Shown here: positions 1-11,700 of the stretch, piece by piece | How positions within the stretch are numbered: position 1 is the stretch's first letter | How the letters are laid out: the number at the start of each line of letters is the position of its first letter | Source of the DNA: a virus | DNA length: 64,000 nucleotides | Direction: 5' to 3' (one strand) | IMG/VR virus record: IMGVR_UViG_3300034198_017889 | Coordinates: 39,845-103,844 of that record | The notes under the pieces: generated by a model | Told to the model about the DNA's origin: nothing | The model's database searches: none | The model's input: the letters and a program-made list of their open reading frames with translations, nothing else | Position numbers and translations under genes: made by a program

Positions 1-1
1 G

Positions 2-301
2 CAGGAAATATTCAATTACGTTAACACCATCCCCTTCGGAGATGACCTGTATGCATCTAAAATTATAACAATTTGTCATAACTACAATATCTCTAGAGTT
101 GATCTACCTATAACTTTAAAAGGTAATATTTTATGCAATGACGGAACCTCTATAAACATCGTTGATAATGACTATTTAAAAATACCTACCAATATCCCGG
201 TAGGTGTTTCACCCAAGACTACTCAATTTTTTATAAACTACTACGACACCTCTATAGGTGGAACAAACGTACTAGATAATATAGGTCTTGAATTACGATA
301 A
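2..301 (+). CDS. 3' end of baseplate wedge (J-like) protein, truncated by window start
   Basis: Open frame from nt 2 (QEIFNYVNTIPFGDDLYASKIITIC...LELR*). IxxYxNx...GxxLxxSxII resembles the baseplate J C-terminus. Stop overlaps next ATG (TAATG). Confidence 0.55.
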   Translation, partial: QEIFNYVNTIPFGDDLYASKIITICHNYNISRVDLPITLKGNILCNDGTSINIVDNDYLKIPTNIPVGVSPKTTQFFINYYDTSIGGTNVLDNIGLELR

Positions 302-2094
302 TGGACTTTGGGTTTTTATCATCTCAATATCCCGCTAAAGACTATACCAGCGGAGATAGACTCCTTTTGTCATTAGGGTCGTTTTGGACCCAGATATTCC
401 AGGAGCAGGGTACATTACGTGGGTACACCCTAGGTATGGCTGAGGAACTAATCCAGAGCTACTATACATTAATAGAGACTCTGAATAGTTACTCTATTAA
501 AGATATCCCTGTACTCTCAAAAACCAAATGGCAGCCAATAATCATAAAGCGCTCTACATTTAACCAGACTCCTTTTAAGTTTAAGAGTAACGAGGCTGTA
601 TTCGGGTCCCAACCAGAAAGTGATAAGTTTTACAGGAACGAGACATTTAGATTCGGTAAACCCCAAAGCCCCACTGGAACTGTTTTTAGTTTTACTCCAG
701 ACTTCCAGCTCCGTAAGTTTTCAATCATAGCCGATAGAATAATTAATCCTACTTGTGTTTTCACGAACGGTGTAGACATCACGATGGATGAGTCAAATAA
801 TTTATATTTCAACGTAGACTTATTTAGTAATTTAACAATTCCTAGAGCTTCCCTAGTAGATTCGTCTGGAACTCCTGAAAAATATATACTTCCTGACGGA
901 ACAATAGGTAATGACGAATTCATAATTCTATGGTGCTATAACTCTGAGAGTGATACAGAATACGTATATTCTAATTTTGGTAAACTGTTCGACTTTAAAC
1001 TACCCTCTAGTGAGGTGTACAAAGGGATGCTCAAATCTATTTTCAATCTTTTTGTATCTGGCCCTACAGTTAACTCTATTAAGTCAATAATGGCGGCGTT
1101 TAACGGAATCACTCCAGTTATATCCCCAGTGGAGACAATAGAAGGAATACACAGTGACAATCTACTCAACTATGTAATTACTGATAAGCATGTTTATAAG
1201 TTCGAAACTCATCAAGAGTTAAGGTCAGAGATCAAAGTGGGAGATGTGGTTTATGGTGGCGATATTCTTGTTAACACAGTGGAATATTACGACAACATGA
1301 CCGACTACGAGTGGTGGAAGACAGCCATAGCCACCCCCAAACTAGGTATATCCTCTCATGTGTTTTTAGGTAACTATAAGCACCAGCTTTTCTTCTCTAC
1401 CTCTCCAGAGATGGCCACTCTTTCCGCTGATGACAAAGTAAACTTTCCTGTGCATGGTGAGATAGAGGATGTAGCGGAATTTCAAAAATATATAAACCTA
1501 CCTGCTAATAAGTCAGCGGTTAAAAAATCTCTAGGCCTCAAGAATCCTGGTAACGTAGCAATTATTACTCCCCTAAACTTCTTGTTTGATAACTTTTTTA
1601 AAAATAACACAGCACTACTAAAATTTAACTTTTATAGCCCGGAAGAACTTGCAGTTTTCTTTAGTTATTTTCCAATGATGAAGAACTATCTTCCATCACA
1701 CGTTTATATTCTATTGTACGTTAATCTTAATTTACCATCATTGGAATATGGTAGAATGAACTCCAGATATAGTTTACCTCAGTTCAATAACGCTAAGTTG
1801 AGCTTAGATGGCTCAGATAGCTCAGGTTTACGCCCAGAGTTATTGCCTGCCGATCCAGAGTACTACAAAAGCTACAAAGACAGATTGTTCTGTATAAGTG
1901 AGTCACCCCAGGCTATGGATCGCAATCCATTATTTCACCCCTCTAACTTGGAACGCGTTACATTAGCAAATAATGAAAGAATGGCTGGTATTACTAGGGC
2001 GATAGATGGTAAAGTTTTTACAGCTATTCCTAACACCGTACCTACCCCTACAAATAAAGAAATTCCTACAGTGTTATTAATCGACTTTTCTTAG
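301..2094 (+). CDS. Putative baseplate/tail structural protein (597 aa)
   Basis: Long ORF coupled to the J-like gene; YKGMLKSIFNLFVSGPTVNSI and YLPSHV segments resemble baseplate wedge proteins; context. Confidence 0.55.
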   Translation: MDFGFLSSQYPAKDYTSGDRLLLSLGSFWTQIFQEQGTLRGYTLGMAEELIQSYYTLIETLNSYSIKDIPVLSKTKWQPIIIKRSTFNQTPFKFKSNEAVFGSQPESDKFYRNETFRFGKPQSPTGTVFSFTPDFQLRKFSIIADRIINPTCVFTNGVDITMDESNNLYFNVDLFSNLTIPRASLVDSSGTPEKYILPDGTIGNDEFIILWCYNSESDTEYVYSNFGKLFDFKLPSSEVYKGMLKSIFNLFVSGPTVNSIKSIMAAFNGITPVISPVETIEGIHSDNLLNYVITDKHVYKFETHQELRSEIKVGDVVYGGDILVNTVEYYDNMTDYEWWKTAIATPKLGISSHVFLGNYKHQLFFSTSPEMATLSADDKVNFPVHGEIEDVAEFQKYINLPANKSAVKKSLGLKNPGNVAIITPLNFLFDNFFKNNTALLKFNFYSPEELAVFFSYFPMMKNYLPSHVYILLYVNLNLPSLEYGRMNSRYSLPQFNNAKLSLDGSDSSGLRPELLPADPEYYKSYKDRLFCISESPQAMDRNPLFHPSNLERVTLANNERMAGITRAIDGKVFTAIPNTVPTPTNKEIPTVLLIDFS

Positions 2095-2118
2095 CCTTAA
2101 AGTATAATTAAAGAAAAT

Positions 2119-2688
2119 ATGGGAACCCTAGAAAAAAGTAATTTAAACAAGTCAATCTCAGGTTTTGTGAAGATTTGGAAGTCCTGCCCTGTAACTGGAG
2201 CAGTGGAAGTTGTTGTAGATCAACCTAATATGATTCTTTATGGCGGTGCCAGGCTTATGGCTTATGCCCTTGGAGGTAAACCCAATACAGGAATTTGGGG
2301 TATGTATATCGGATATAATAATAACCAAACATTCAGCAGACCAACTATTGACACTGCTTACTCTCAAACATTCGCAGGTTTCGACGCTGCCCAGGGTTTT
2401 GGATATCTAAGAGAACCCCTTACATTTACCCCTAATTACCTGTCTGACGCCAGTTATCAAGACAACACGGTTTTGTTTAGCACAATGATAACATCCTCCA
2501 CCTCAGCTGGTGGTGCCTTATTCCAAGACGGTGTTAGTAATATTTACGAGGTTGCCTTGGTGGGCGCACAAGACCCATCGAATAGTAACAAGGATATTGT
2601 GTTTTCTAGAACAGGATTTAACACAATTAAATATGATTCCACGTTTAACTTTACCATAACCTGGGGAATTAAGTTCCTCGTAGATTAA
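2119..2688 (+). CDS. Putative baseplate/tail fibre-attachment protein (189 aa)
   Basis: N-terminal NMIL and C-terminal IYEVAL...VFSR...IKYDSTFNFTITWGI pattern typical of tail-fibre N-terminal-like proteins. Confidence 0.55.
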   Translation: MGTLEKSNLNKSISGFVKIWKSCPVTGAVEVVVDQPNMILYGGARLMAYALGGKPNTGIWGMYIGYNNNQTFSRPTIDTAYSQTFAGFDAAQGFGYLREPLTFTPNYLSDASYQDNTVLFSTMITSSTSAGGALFQDGVSNIYEVALVGAQDPSNSNKDIVFSRTGFNTIKYDSTFNFTITWGIKFLVD

Positions 2689-2693
2689 TATTT

Positions 2694-4838
2694 ATGTCTG
2701 TAACACCCTGGGTACCTACGGTACAACTAATTCAAGATGGTCAGGACGTTTCACAAGCTGTAGTAAACGTTCCATTAGAGCAGCTCATTCAAAGAGACCA
2801 ACATCTCTACGACGAATTTGCTGAGCTTCAGGGTAAGTCTGTACTTATCAGCTTTGGTGACCCTGTATACCCGGGAGATACGCAGGGAAACAGCCCCATT
2901 TTGGACGGTGAGTTAAATGTAGTTTATTTTAGAGATGACCAAGGTGGTAAGGGGTTATCTAGGGCACAGACTGGGTTTTCGTCCTCTAATACATCAAGCA
3001 TGTTCTCTCCTAACAAGTCTAACTACGCTTTTGGTATTGTTAAATCAGTTAGCTCTGATAATTTGGTGGATTGCTTTATAGAGGGTGTGTGTGAGTTTAA
3101 TACTCCTATGGATGACCCTATAAATGGCATACTCGAAACTTCCAGGGACATAAATGGTAACCCTGTATCAGAGGTTTTTGAGACTGGTCCATACTATCTC
3201 TCAAGAAAGCTTCCAGGTAAACTCACTAAGAATCCTGACGGTGTGCCAGTGTATGTGGGCTATGCATTATCACCTACTAAGTTCTTACTACACCCGTCTG
3301 TTGATGAATTCTCTCAGTTCTTCATAAACTATAGGTATACCGTTTTAGACCGTCCGGTGTATCCTCCTGTTCTGAGTGAGGATGGAACAACTTGGACAAT
3401 ACCAACACCACCAGGCCAGCCAGCTAACCCAAACAGACTAGGCTGGATAGCTGCAAGCCAAGCTAATCTTCCTGGCTATACAATTCCTACAAGCCCTCTA
3501 GGTGTGCAGGCTAAGTTTTTCTATCACATACCTAATAACATAAAAGACCCGGCATCTCCTGACTTCATTCATTTAAATAATGACGAGAGAGTTGAGGCCG
3601 CTGAGCTAGGTAGTTTGCTTCCTCCGGTTCCTTCTAATTTTGTTGAGCTTATGTCTAATGGTGTGGATCAACGCTACTGTGATGTTTACTCCCCTGACGG
3701 CATTTACTCAGTTGATGACTATGGTATATGGTGGTTCACCGATCAGGCTGGTTTGCAACCCTGGGCGGACGATATTCTTTCACAAGGTAACTGGGATCCC
3801 ACAGACTGGGATACCTACAAGGGAAGCAACTTCAGAAGACCAAGATTATTCATATCTTTTGCTAAATTTAATCCCGCCCTTAGAACACAATTAGTAAGCT
3901 CTCTCAGACCATTTAATAATTTAGCAGATCAATCTATAGGCGTGGGGCAAACTCGCAATAATAGCTCAAACTTCATAACTTTTTACACAAAAGATAACCC
4001 TAGTGTTATTTCTCCTACTGGTGACTTACTTGTAAAGGTTAACCCTCAGTTCATCCCTGCTGGGTTATCCGCTAACTTAGCCTCAGTCCCGTCTAGTGTT
4101 GTTAATAATCAATATACTACATCTCCAGGGTATACCGCAGGAAGTGCTGTAGCTGATATCACTTTTGATCAAGTCCAAGGCAAGTTTATCAAGACCGTGA
4201 CTCCAGTTGTATCCAAGCTTTCAGGTGTTGGAGGAATTAATGTTTCCCCTGTTTCGGGTGAACCAGGAGCTTATAATGTATCTTATCTAACCAGGGGAAT
4301 ATATGGCCTTGTGGATTCTATCGAACCTGTTAACTCTAGGTTAGAATTCAGGGGATTAAACTCATATATCAGGCTACCATATTCAAAACCTGTGACTGTT
4401 CCTTACGGACTTATAGGCAAGGTGGTTCTCACAAAAGAAGCTATTAACAATGTACCATTAAACCTAACTATGCAGGTTTTTGGTAATTCTGGATATACCT
4501 CAGGTAACTCTAACACAACACTCACATTCACTTTTGAATATTCTGCAACAACAGCTCAAAATTCATCAGCCCCTAGTGGAACATTAGGTATTAATAACTT
4601 AGTAAGTTTGACCTCTGTTGGAACATCAACCATAACTTTAAATATGCCAACCTCTGGAGGGTATGTCGCTTACACACCTATCAATTTGGAGGGTGTATTA
4701 ACAATCCCAGCTCAGTACATAGCGGAGGACACAGTTGTTAATTTTAAAATTGTAAGAATCTTCTCCAGCACCGGAAACGATTATGCGAGTGATATAGGTA
4801 TTCTCGGCATATACTGGGGTATCACCAACGTTCAATAA
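2694..4838 (+). CDS. Virion structural protein (714 aa)
   Basis: N-terminal IQDGQDVSQAVVNVPLEQLIQRDQHL resembles tail-fibre anchor motifs; structural context. Confidence 0.55.
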   Translation: MSVTPWVPTVQLIQDGQDVSQAVVNVPLEQLIQRDQHLYDEFAELQGKSVLISFGDPVYPGDTQGNSPILDGELNVVYFRDDQGGKGLSRAQTGFSSSNTSSMFSPNKSNYAFGIVKSVSSDNLVDCFIEGVCEFNTPMDDPINGILETSRDINGNPVSEVFETGPYYLSRKLPGKLTKNPDGVPVYVGYALSPTKFLLHPSVDEFSQFFINYRYTVLDRPVYPPVLSEDGTTWTIPTPPGQPANPNRLGWIAASQANLPGYTIPTSPLGVQAKFFYHIPNNIKDPASPDFIHLNNDERVEAAELGSLLPPVPSNFVELMSNGVDQRYCDVYSPDGIYSVDDYGIWWFTDQAGLQPWADDILSQGNWDPTDWDTYKGSNFRRPRLFISFAKFNPALRTQLVSSLRPFNNLADQSIGVGQTRNNSSNFITFYTKDNPSVISPTGDLLVKVNPQFIPAGLSANLASVPSSVVNNQYTTSPGYTAGSAVADITFDQVQGKFIKTVTPVVSKLSGVGGINVSPVSGEPGAYNVSYLTRGIYGLVDSIEPVNSRLEFRGLNSYIRLPYSKPVTVPYGLIGKVVLTKEAINNVPLNLTMQVFGNSGYTSGNSNTTLTFTFEYSATTAQNSSAPSGTLGINNLVSLTSVGTSTITLNMPTSGGYVAYTPINLEGVLTIPAQYIAEDTVVNFKIVRIFSSTGNDYASDIGILGIYWGITNVQ

Positions 4839-5728
4839 TGCCCTGGGTAGACTCACTAGACTATTTAGACTTAAACTCACTACGGCGCTACCCAATAAGG
4901 GAAAACACCTCTGTAGTGAGTCAGGATGGTGTATTTCAAATTCCTGACAACCTTATTGTTGATTTCTCGCTATCAGCGTCTAACGATATATCTAAAAGAT
5001 TCTACATTTCACGAATATTCAATAAACTGTTTTCGTGTACGATCGATATAGCTGACTATAGCAATTATTCTATTGTTGGTAGTTTTGAAATAGATTTTAA
5101 TAAACATAAACTTAACGATACCTATTATCTATCTGGTGTGGGTGACTATGTGGGGGCTAATGGTAAAATTACCATAGGTAGAGGGAATGATTTACAACTA
5201 CAACCTGCAGGTAATTTCACGTTCAACCCTGAGTCTACTGAGTTTGAGACCAGGACAATTATTCCTGGTTTGGCTGGAGTGTCTAGTATCAAGTATATAG
5301 ACTCCAAGGGTAGCAGTAGAACTCTCACAGGAGCCGTTACAATGCAGGCTAGATCAAACATGGCATTCTCATTTGACGCCCTTAGTAACACGGTAGCTAT
5401 GGATGTAGGTGATAACTTAGGGCTTAACAAGATTTGTACAACGAACAATTGCGTTAAAAGAATTAACGGTGTTGCTCCAGAGCCTACAACAGGTAATATC
5501 AGCTTTATCGGGATGGATTGTATGCAGGTATCCAGCAGCGCTGCCTACACTATTAAGTTTGAGGATACCTGCTGTACTCCCTGCTCAGGTTGCTCAGATC
5601 TATCAACACTCACAACCAGGCTCACAAGTCTGGAGAATAGTTTTATTGACTTAAAGAATTATTATTCTACCCTCAATGGACAGCTGACCAATTACTTAAC
5701 AACTGTTAATTCTAATTGTTCTTGCTGA
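4838..5728 (+). CDS. Structural protein, NxxxxYP/INGV paralogue with Cys-rich coiled-coil end (296 aa)
   Basis: YLDLNSLRRYP, KRINGVAPE, CCTPCSGCSDL, C-terminal NCSC. Confidence 0.55.
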   Translation: MPWVDSLDYLDLNSLRRYPIRENTSVVSQDGVFQIPDNLIVDFSLSASNDISKRFYISRIFNKLFSCTIDIADYSNYSIVGSFEIDFNKHKLNDTYYLSGVGDYVGANGKITIGRGNDLQLQPAGNFTFNPESTEFETRTIIPGLAGVSSIKYIDSKGSSRTLTGAVTMQARSNMAFSFDALSNTVAMDVGDNLGLNKICTTNNCVKRINGVAPEPTTGNISFIGMDCMQVSSSAAYTIKFEDTCCTPCSGCSDLSTLTTRLTSLENSFIDLKNYYSTLNGQLTNYLTTVNSNCSC

Positions 5729-5744
5729 TAATTAGACTAACAGT

Positions 5745-8700
5745 ATGCCTGCACTAGAGTATCTAAGTGGAAACAGTTTAATCTCTTACCCGTTCAAAGA
5801 TGGGAGAGCCGTTAATTCTTATCTACCTTTAGGAGATGATACATTTCTCGACGCTCTTTTCGTGATTAGTGGTGAAGTCGGAATTTCACGACCATATATA
5901 AGCCACATCTCAACAGCTCAGAGTGTTATAACCTTCGAGCTTAGTGACGTTGTTGGTGGTTTATTCGGTGTAGTTGAACTTCCAACTAGCTCAGCAGTAA
6001 ACCACCTTGATAGTGTGGGGGATAATTTTTTCCATGTAACCAACTCCACTTGGTCGGCTAAGTTTGTATTTGGTCCGGGAATTTTTGAACTACATACTCC
6101 AGGTATAAACATACAATTCACCCCGGACGAGACTGAGTTCTCGCCGTCTGTAGTAATTCACACTGTACCTATGGTGACTGCTCTTAATTTTGAATCATAC
6201 CATAATGACGGTACACTCGCAGCACAAACACCCGAGGCTGTTCATATATACTCACCCGGTGAAGAGGCCAAGATGACCAACGGGTCTAATAATGTTTTTA
6301 ATTTCTTGTCTCCTGAGACTATGTATCTAGATATACAGCGAGGAGCAGGAACAGGATTACATGACCCATGCGCCTCTGGAAATATCACCGATATTTACAG
6401 TATTAATAGAATCACTCCGGACAGCCAGGGTAGTATGTTTTTCTCTGCATCTGATTGCTACTCTATGGAGCTTCTTACGTATAATGACACTCAACTATAC
6501 AGCTTCATACCAGATATCGCTAGCCGATATGGAGACTTTGCAACACCTATACCCCAGATAGGAAATACCCCTGGATATACCCAGTATTTTAATGCTATTG
6601 CTCCTGAGATGGGTGGTCACGGCCTTGTGATGCAGAACCACTGCCAACCAAAATGTCCCCCGCAAAATTTAAACGCTTTTGCTGAATATCTTAACCGAGT
6701 TACTGATGGAGCAGCTGAATTATATAAGTTTGTAAGTAATTCATATGAAACATATGGAACAGGTACGTTATCAGGTGATATTTTCACGGTAGAAGTATTC
6801 TGCGGTACAACTCTTCCAGATAACTGGGTTTCAGGTGTATGTAGTGGATCTTTTACAAAATACTTCCACGAGGGCAAAACACTGCAAATTAGATATGACT
6901 CAACCACAATAAAGTCATACAAAATTTTGGATGTTCTTAGTAATAGTGCTGTAAGACTAAATCTTGAAGCTACAAACCCACCCACCATTAATGTTTCCGG
7001 ACCAGCACCATTTAAAATCTTAGAGCTTGGTATAAAAAATAAGCTAAATTCGGCCATTCTTACTAACAATGAAAAGCTTCTTACAAAAAATGTACCATCT
7101 ATAGATATTAACTACGGAACAGTTGAGGCATACAACGCAGTTAAGGATTACGGAACATTCATAACGGCTATTGTTGTTATTTATAACCCCACCCCAGCAC
7201 CACTTAACTTTTCAGTGAGCTGGGACACAAACAATATTACGAAAGTCGTGCCTAGCTCAATAAAAACTAAAACCAGTTCTGGTGTGATTAGTTATGGTGG
7301 CACCGTAGGAATTATAAATTGCAAAGACTACGCAACTTTTGAGGCAATCTTCTTCATACCATGCTCAACTTCCGAAAATAGTCCTAACGAGGGAAGCGTA
7401 ACTTTCAATGTACTGAATACCGCCGATAATCTAGACCTGGAGAATTCACCCAAATCAGTAATGGCAACCGCCGCGACATGCGTATCTGCGGACCAAGCTA
7501 TAATTTATGTAAAAGCTTTAGAGGGTGCACCTTTCTCATATTATCTACCAGTTGGTCCTGGTGTTACTTCCTTATCGTTTTCGGGAAATGCGCCCAATTG
7601 GCTAACCTTTGATAACTCAATCACACCAGGAGCAGGCAATCTACACGGAACTCCCACAGGAAGCGTAAGTGGGTCATACACGATAAGCGCAGGAATAAAC
7701 TCAGCTGGTGGATCAACAGCACAAACCATTGTGCTTACGTACGTGGCTAAACCTAGGATTGTGTACCCTGAGGATTCTTCTACCATACAGATCTACCCAC
7801 CAGACACAAATAGCAGAACATACACAGAGGGAGCCCCACTCACACCTATAGTGGCCACAAATTCACCGAGCGGTTACTCTATAGTGGGTGCGCCTCTAGG
7901 GCTAAGACAAGTAGGAAATGGGCTTATCGGTCAGATAACCCTAGGATCAAATCCCACCTTCCCAATTAACTATGTGCTCACCATGTCTGCCTCTAACGAG
8001 GCCGGTGAATCTCTACCGGTTACGGTTAATCTGGAATTAACCAATGTACCTATATCCACACCTGCGGCCACATATGGAACACAATTTTGCTATTCTATTA
8101 TATCCGGGCCAGAGGTGTTATCTCAGTCTGTTATCACGTCACTACCTAATTGGCTATCATTTAATCCGGCCGTAAACCTAGTCTCAAGTACCACTCCCCC
8201 AGTATGTTCCCTATCCGGGATGAATACATCATACTCAGGAAAACCAGAGATAGTTATAGTTAGACAAAATCTTAAAGGTGGAAGCTACAGATTAGTACAA
8301 TATATAATTCCATACTCATCAATTCCCAACATAACATACCCAACACCAGGGGCAATATTCAACGTATACCCACCTAACTTTGTTAATAGTGGCGACGGCG
8401 CTACCGTGTTCACCGCAGCATACCCGCTATTAAAGGTATACTCCACGAACACCACAACGTCATTTAACGCCACCGGATTACCCTTAGGGCTATCTATAGA
8501 TAACTCTGGTAATATAGTTGGAAAAATTACCTCAGGAGCGGGAATATACAGCACCACAATTACCGCCACAAATTCAGTTGGCACATCTCCTCCGGTTACT
8601 TTTAGTTTTGATCTTTTAGACCAAGTACCCACTATTAACGCATATCAAGGAAAAGCTTTCTGTTATAAATTTCCTATACTTAATAACGCCAGCTCCTTCT

Positions 8701-11700
8701 CTATCTCTGGGGATATTCCACCATGGCTGACTGTTTCATCAAGTGTTAACACATCATGCCATATCAGCTCGGCTAAATTGAGTCAACCGCAAAGTCAGAG
8801 TTACAATTTGCTAGTTAGTGCCGACATCAACAAAGCAAACATATCTCAAGCGCAGATCATTAATTATGTAGCTCTCCCGAAAATTTCTTATCCTACCTCA
8901 GGCCAAGTTATAAACCTAACAGCTGCAGATTACCAAAATATATTATTCACTACCGATTTCCCACTGGCAACAATCATAGCTTCTAACTCCCCAACCTCTT
9001 ACTCCGCCTCCGGCTTACCTACCGGACTATCAATTACGCCGAATGGGAAAATCATAGGAAAAACATCAGCAACAGCTGGTGATTATGATGTTGTATTAAC
9101 TGCCACCAATGGTGCAGGCAGCGAATCCATTTCTGTAACTTTTCATATATCCAGTTCCGGAATTAGGGATTTAGCTTTCCCGAATATGCCTTACTGCTAC
9201 AAGATCGCGGGATTTGGGGCGGTAGATCGTTACGAATATTCAGGAACCCTACCAGACTGGTTAACTTTTGATGGAAGCCCTACCGCACTGTGTAATTTAT
9301 ATGGAACAGGCACAGGTACCACCGGCGAGGTTTATGATTTAACGCTAACGGGCTACAATGGAACCAGCTCTACATCCCTGCCGTACACATTGAGTTATGC
9401 TATTACTCCCACCATAACATATCCCATTGCTGGGTCCATATTCACAATTACTCCACCAGACTACAACAGTAAGGTGTTCACATTGAATTCACCCCTCTTC
9501 AAGGTTACGGCGACTAATAACCCAACCACATTTAGAGCCACAGGTTTCCCATCTAATACATTCAGTATAGATCCAGCCACAGGGTCTATTATAGGTTCCA
9601 CCAGAACCGTGACCACCAACACACCAACACCCATAACAATAACCGCAGTCAATGCCGCTGGAACATCTGAGTCTATCACAGTTTATTTGGTTGTGAGTTC
9701 CACAAGTCAAACACTAGGCATAGACGGATCAACAGGTGAAGTTTGTTCATTATTAAGTTTAGCTGATAATCCAACCGGACTAACTTTGACAGGCTTACCG
9801 TCTTGGCTTACGTTCAGCTACCCCGCCGTTAATAATTGCAACATTTCTGGAACCATTCCCACCGGTCAGGTATCAACACAATCATTTACTGCACAGTTAA
9901 CGAGAATTTATGGAACTGGATCTACCGTCCAGAATTTATTAATTAGTATTACACGACCACCTGTAATTACTTCTCCAGATCAAAACATCTACGATATAGC
10001 TCCGCCTGATTTTAATAGCAGAATATACACCACGCTATTACCACTATTAACAGTTCAAGCCACTAACAACCCGACGAGCTTTAGCGCCACAGGGCTTCCT
10101 CCGGGATTAACTATAAATTCTTCAGGTAGAGTAATTGGTGGACCCGTTACAGTGGTAGGTGATTATGCTGTGAGTATAACAGCCACAAATTCGGTAGGCT
10201 CATCATCAACAGCCCTATGCACAATATCAGTTACTAACAGCATAAAAAACATCACGGTGGCAAGAGAAACAGCGATATGTGAAAAGATCATTACCGCCGA
10301 CGGTGCCACGGTTTACTCCACTGTCGGTAAGTTACCATCAGGAATATCCTTTAATGGCTCTCCAAATATTAACTGCAATTTTTCGGGGACTCCATTGGTA
10401 AGTAACCCTGTGGGTGTGTACCCGATTAATATAACTAGTAAATATCTTGGAGGATCTAGCACCAGCACTACGAATTTAAACCTAATAGCTGTACCTAAGA
10501 TAACTTACCCGATCAGCTCAGCCATATTTAAAATATACCCACCAGACTTCACCGCTGTATCTGGGGATTCAACAACATTCACTGCGGGATACCCACTACT
10601 TACTGTACTAGCCACGAACTCACCCATTTCCTTCTCAGCTACTGGATTACCATCAGGATTAACCATAGATAACTCCGGAAATATAGTTGGAAAAATTACC
10701 TCAGGGGTTGGAACATTCAATGTTTCAGTTATTGCAACAAACTCAGTAGGTACATCTTCAGCATTATCATTTAGTTTATCTCTAGTCAACACAGTTCCAA
10801 TTATCAGCGCATACCAGGGTAAGGATCTCTGCTATAAGTTTCCAATTCTAAGTAATGCTACCGCGTATTCATTATCTGGTGATGTTCCACCCTGGGTTAC
10901 GGTTAATACATCCGCCAGTGCAGCCTGCCACATTAGTGCAACAAATCCATCTTTAAACGCTAGCACCACTTATGAGCTTGTATTGAGCACTGTGATTGGT
11001 GGCGCAAATATCAAGCAAAGCCAAGTTATTAAATACACTGCATCGCCGAAGATAAGCTCACCACAGGCTAATTTGGTAGTTAGCGTATCTGACTTAATAA
11101 CTTTCACAGAAAACTATCCAGCTGTGGCTGTTTTTGCATCTAACTCCCCAACTTTATACTCCTGCACCCCAGGATTACCAGCAGGATTAAGTATCACAAA
11201 AACAGGCAAAGTTATAGGTAAAGTGGGTGCGACGGCAGGTAATCATAATGTAGCAATATCAGCTACTAATGCAGCCGGTAGTGACTCTGTTGTTGTAACT
11301 TTTAATGTTGTGCGAAGTTCAAATAACACGCTGTCTTCAGCTGCTATATTTGGAGAATCTTATTGTTTCAAGATTCAAGGTATGGGGACCGCAACTAGCT
11401 ACGGGTACTCAGGAACACTACCAGAGTGGTTAACATTTAATAGTGATGTTGGTGCAACCTGTAATTTATATGGAACAGCAACAGGGCTAACTAATGAAAT
11501 CTATAATATAACATTAATAGGCTACTATGGAGATTCATCGGTATCCTATAACTTCAGTTTGCAGTATTCAGCCAAGCCAACTATAACTTATCCAATTGCT
11601 GGATCTGTATTTACAATTACTCCCCCAGACTACAAAAGCAAGACATTCACGCTAACTGCACCACTATTTAAAGCAGCCGCAACTAATAATCCAACATCTT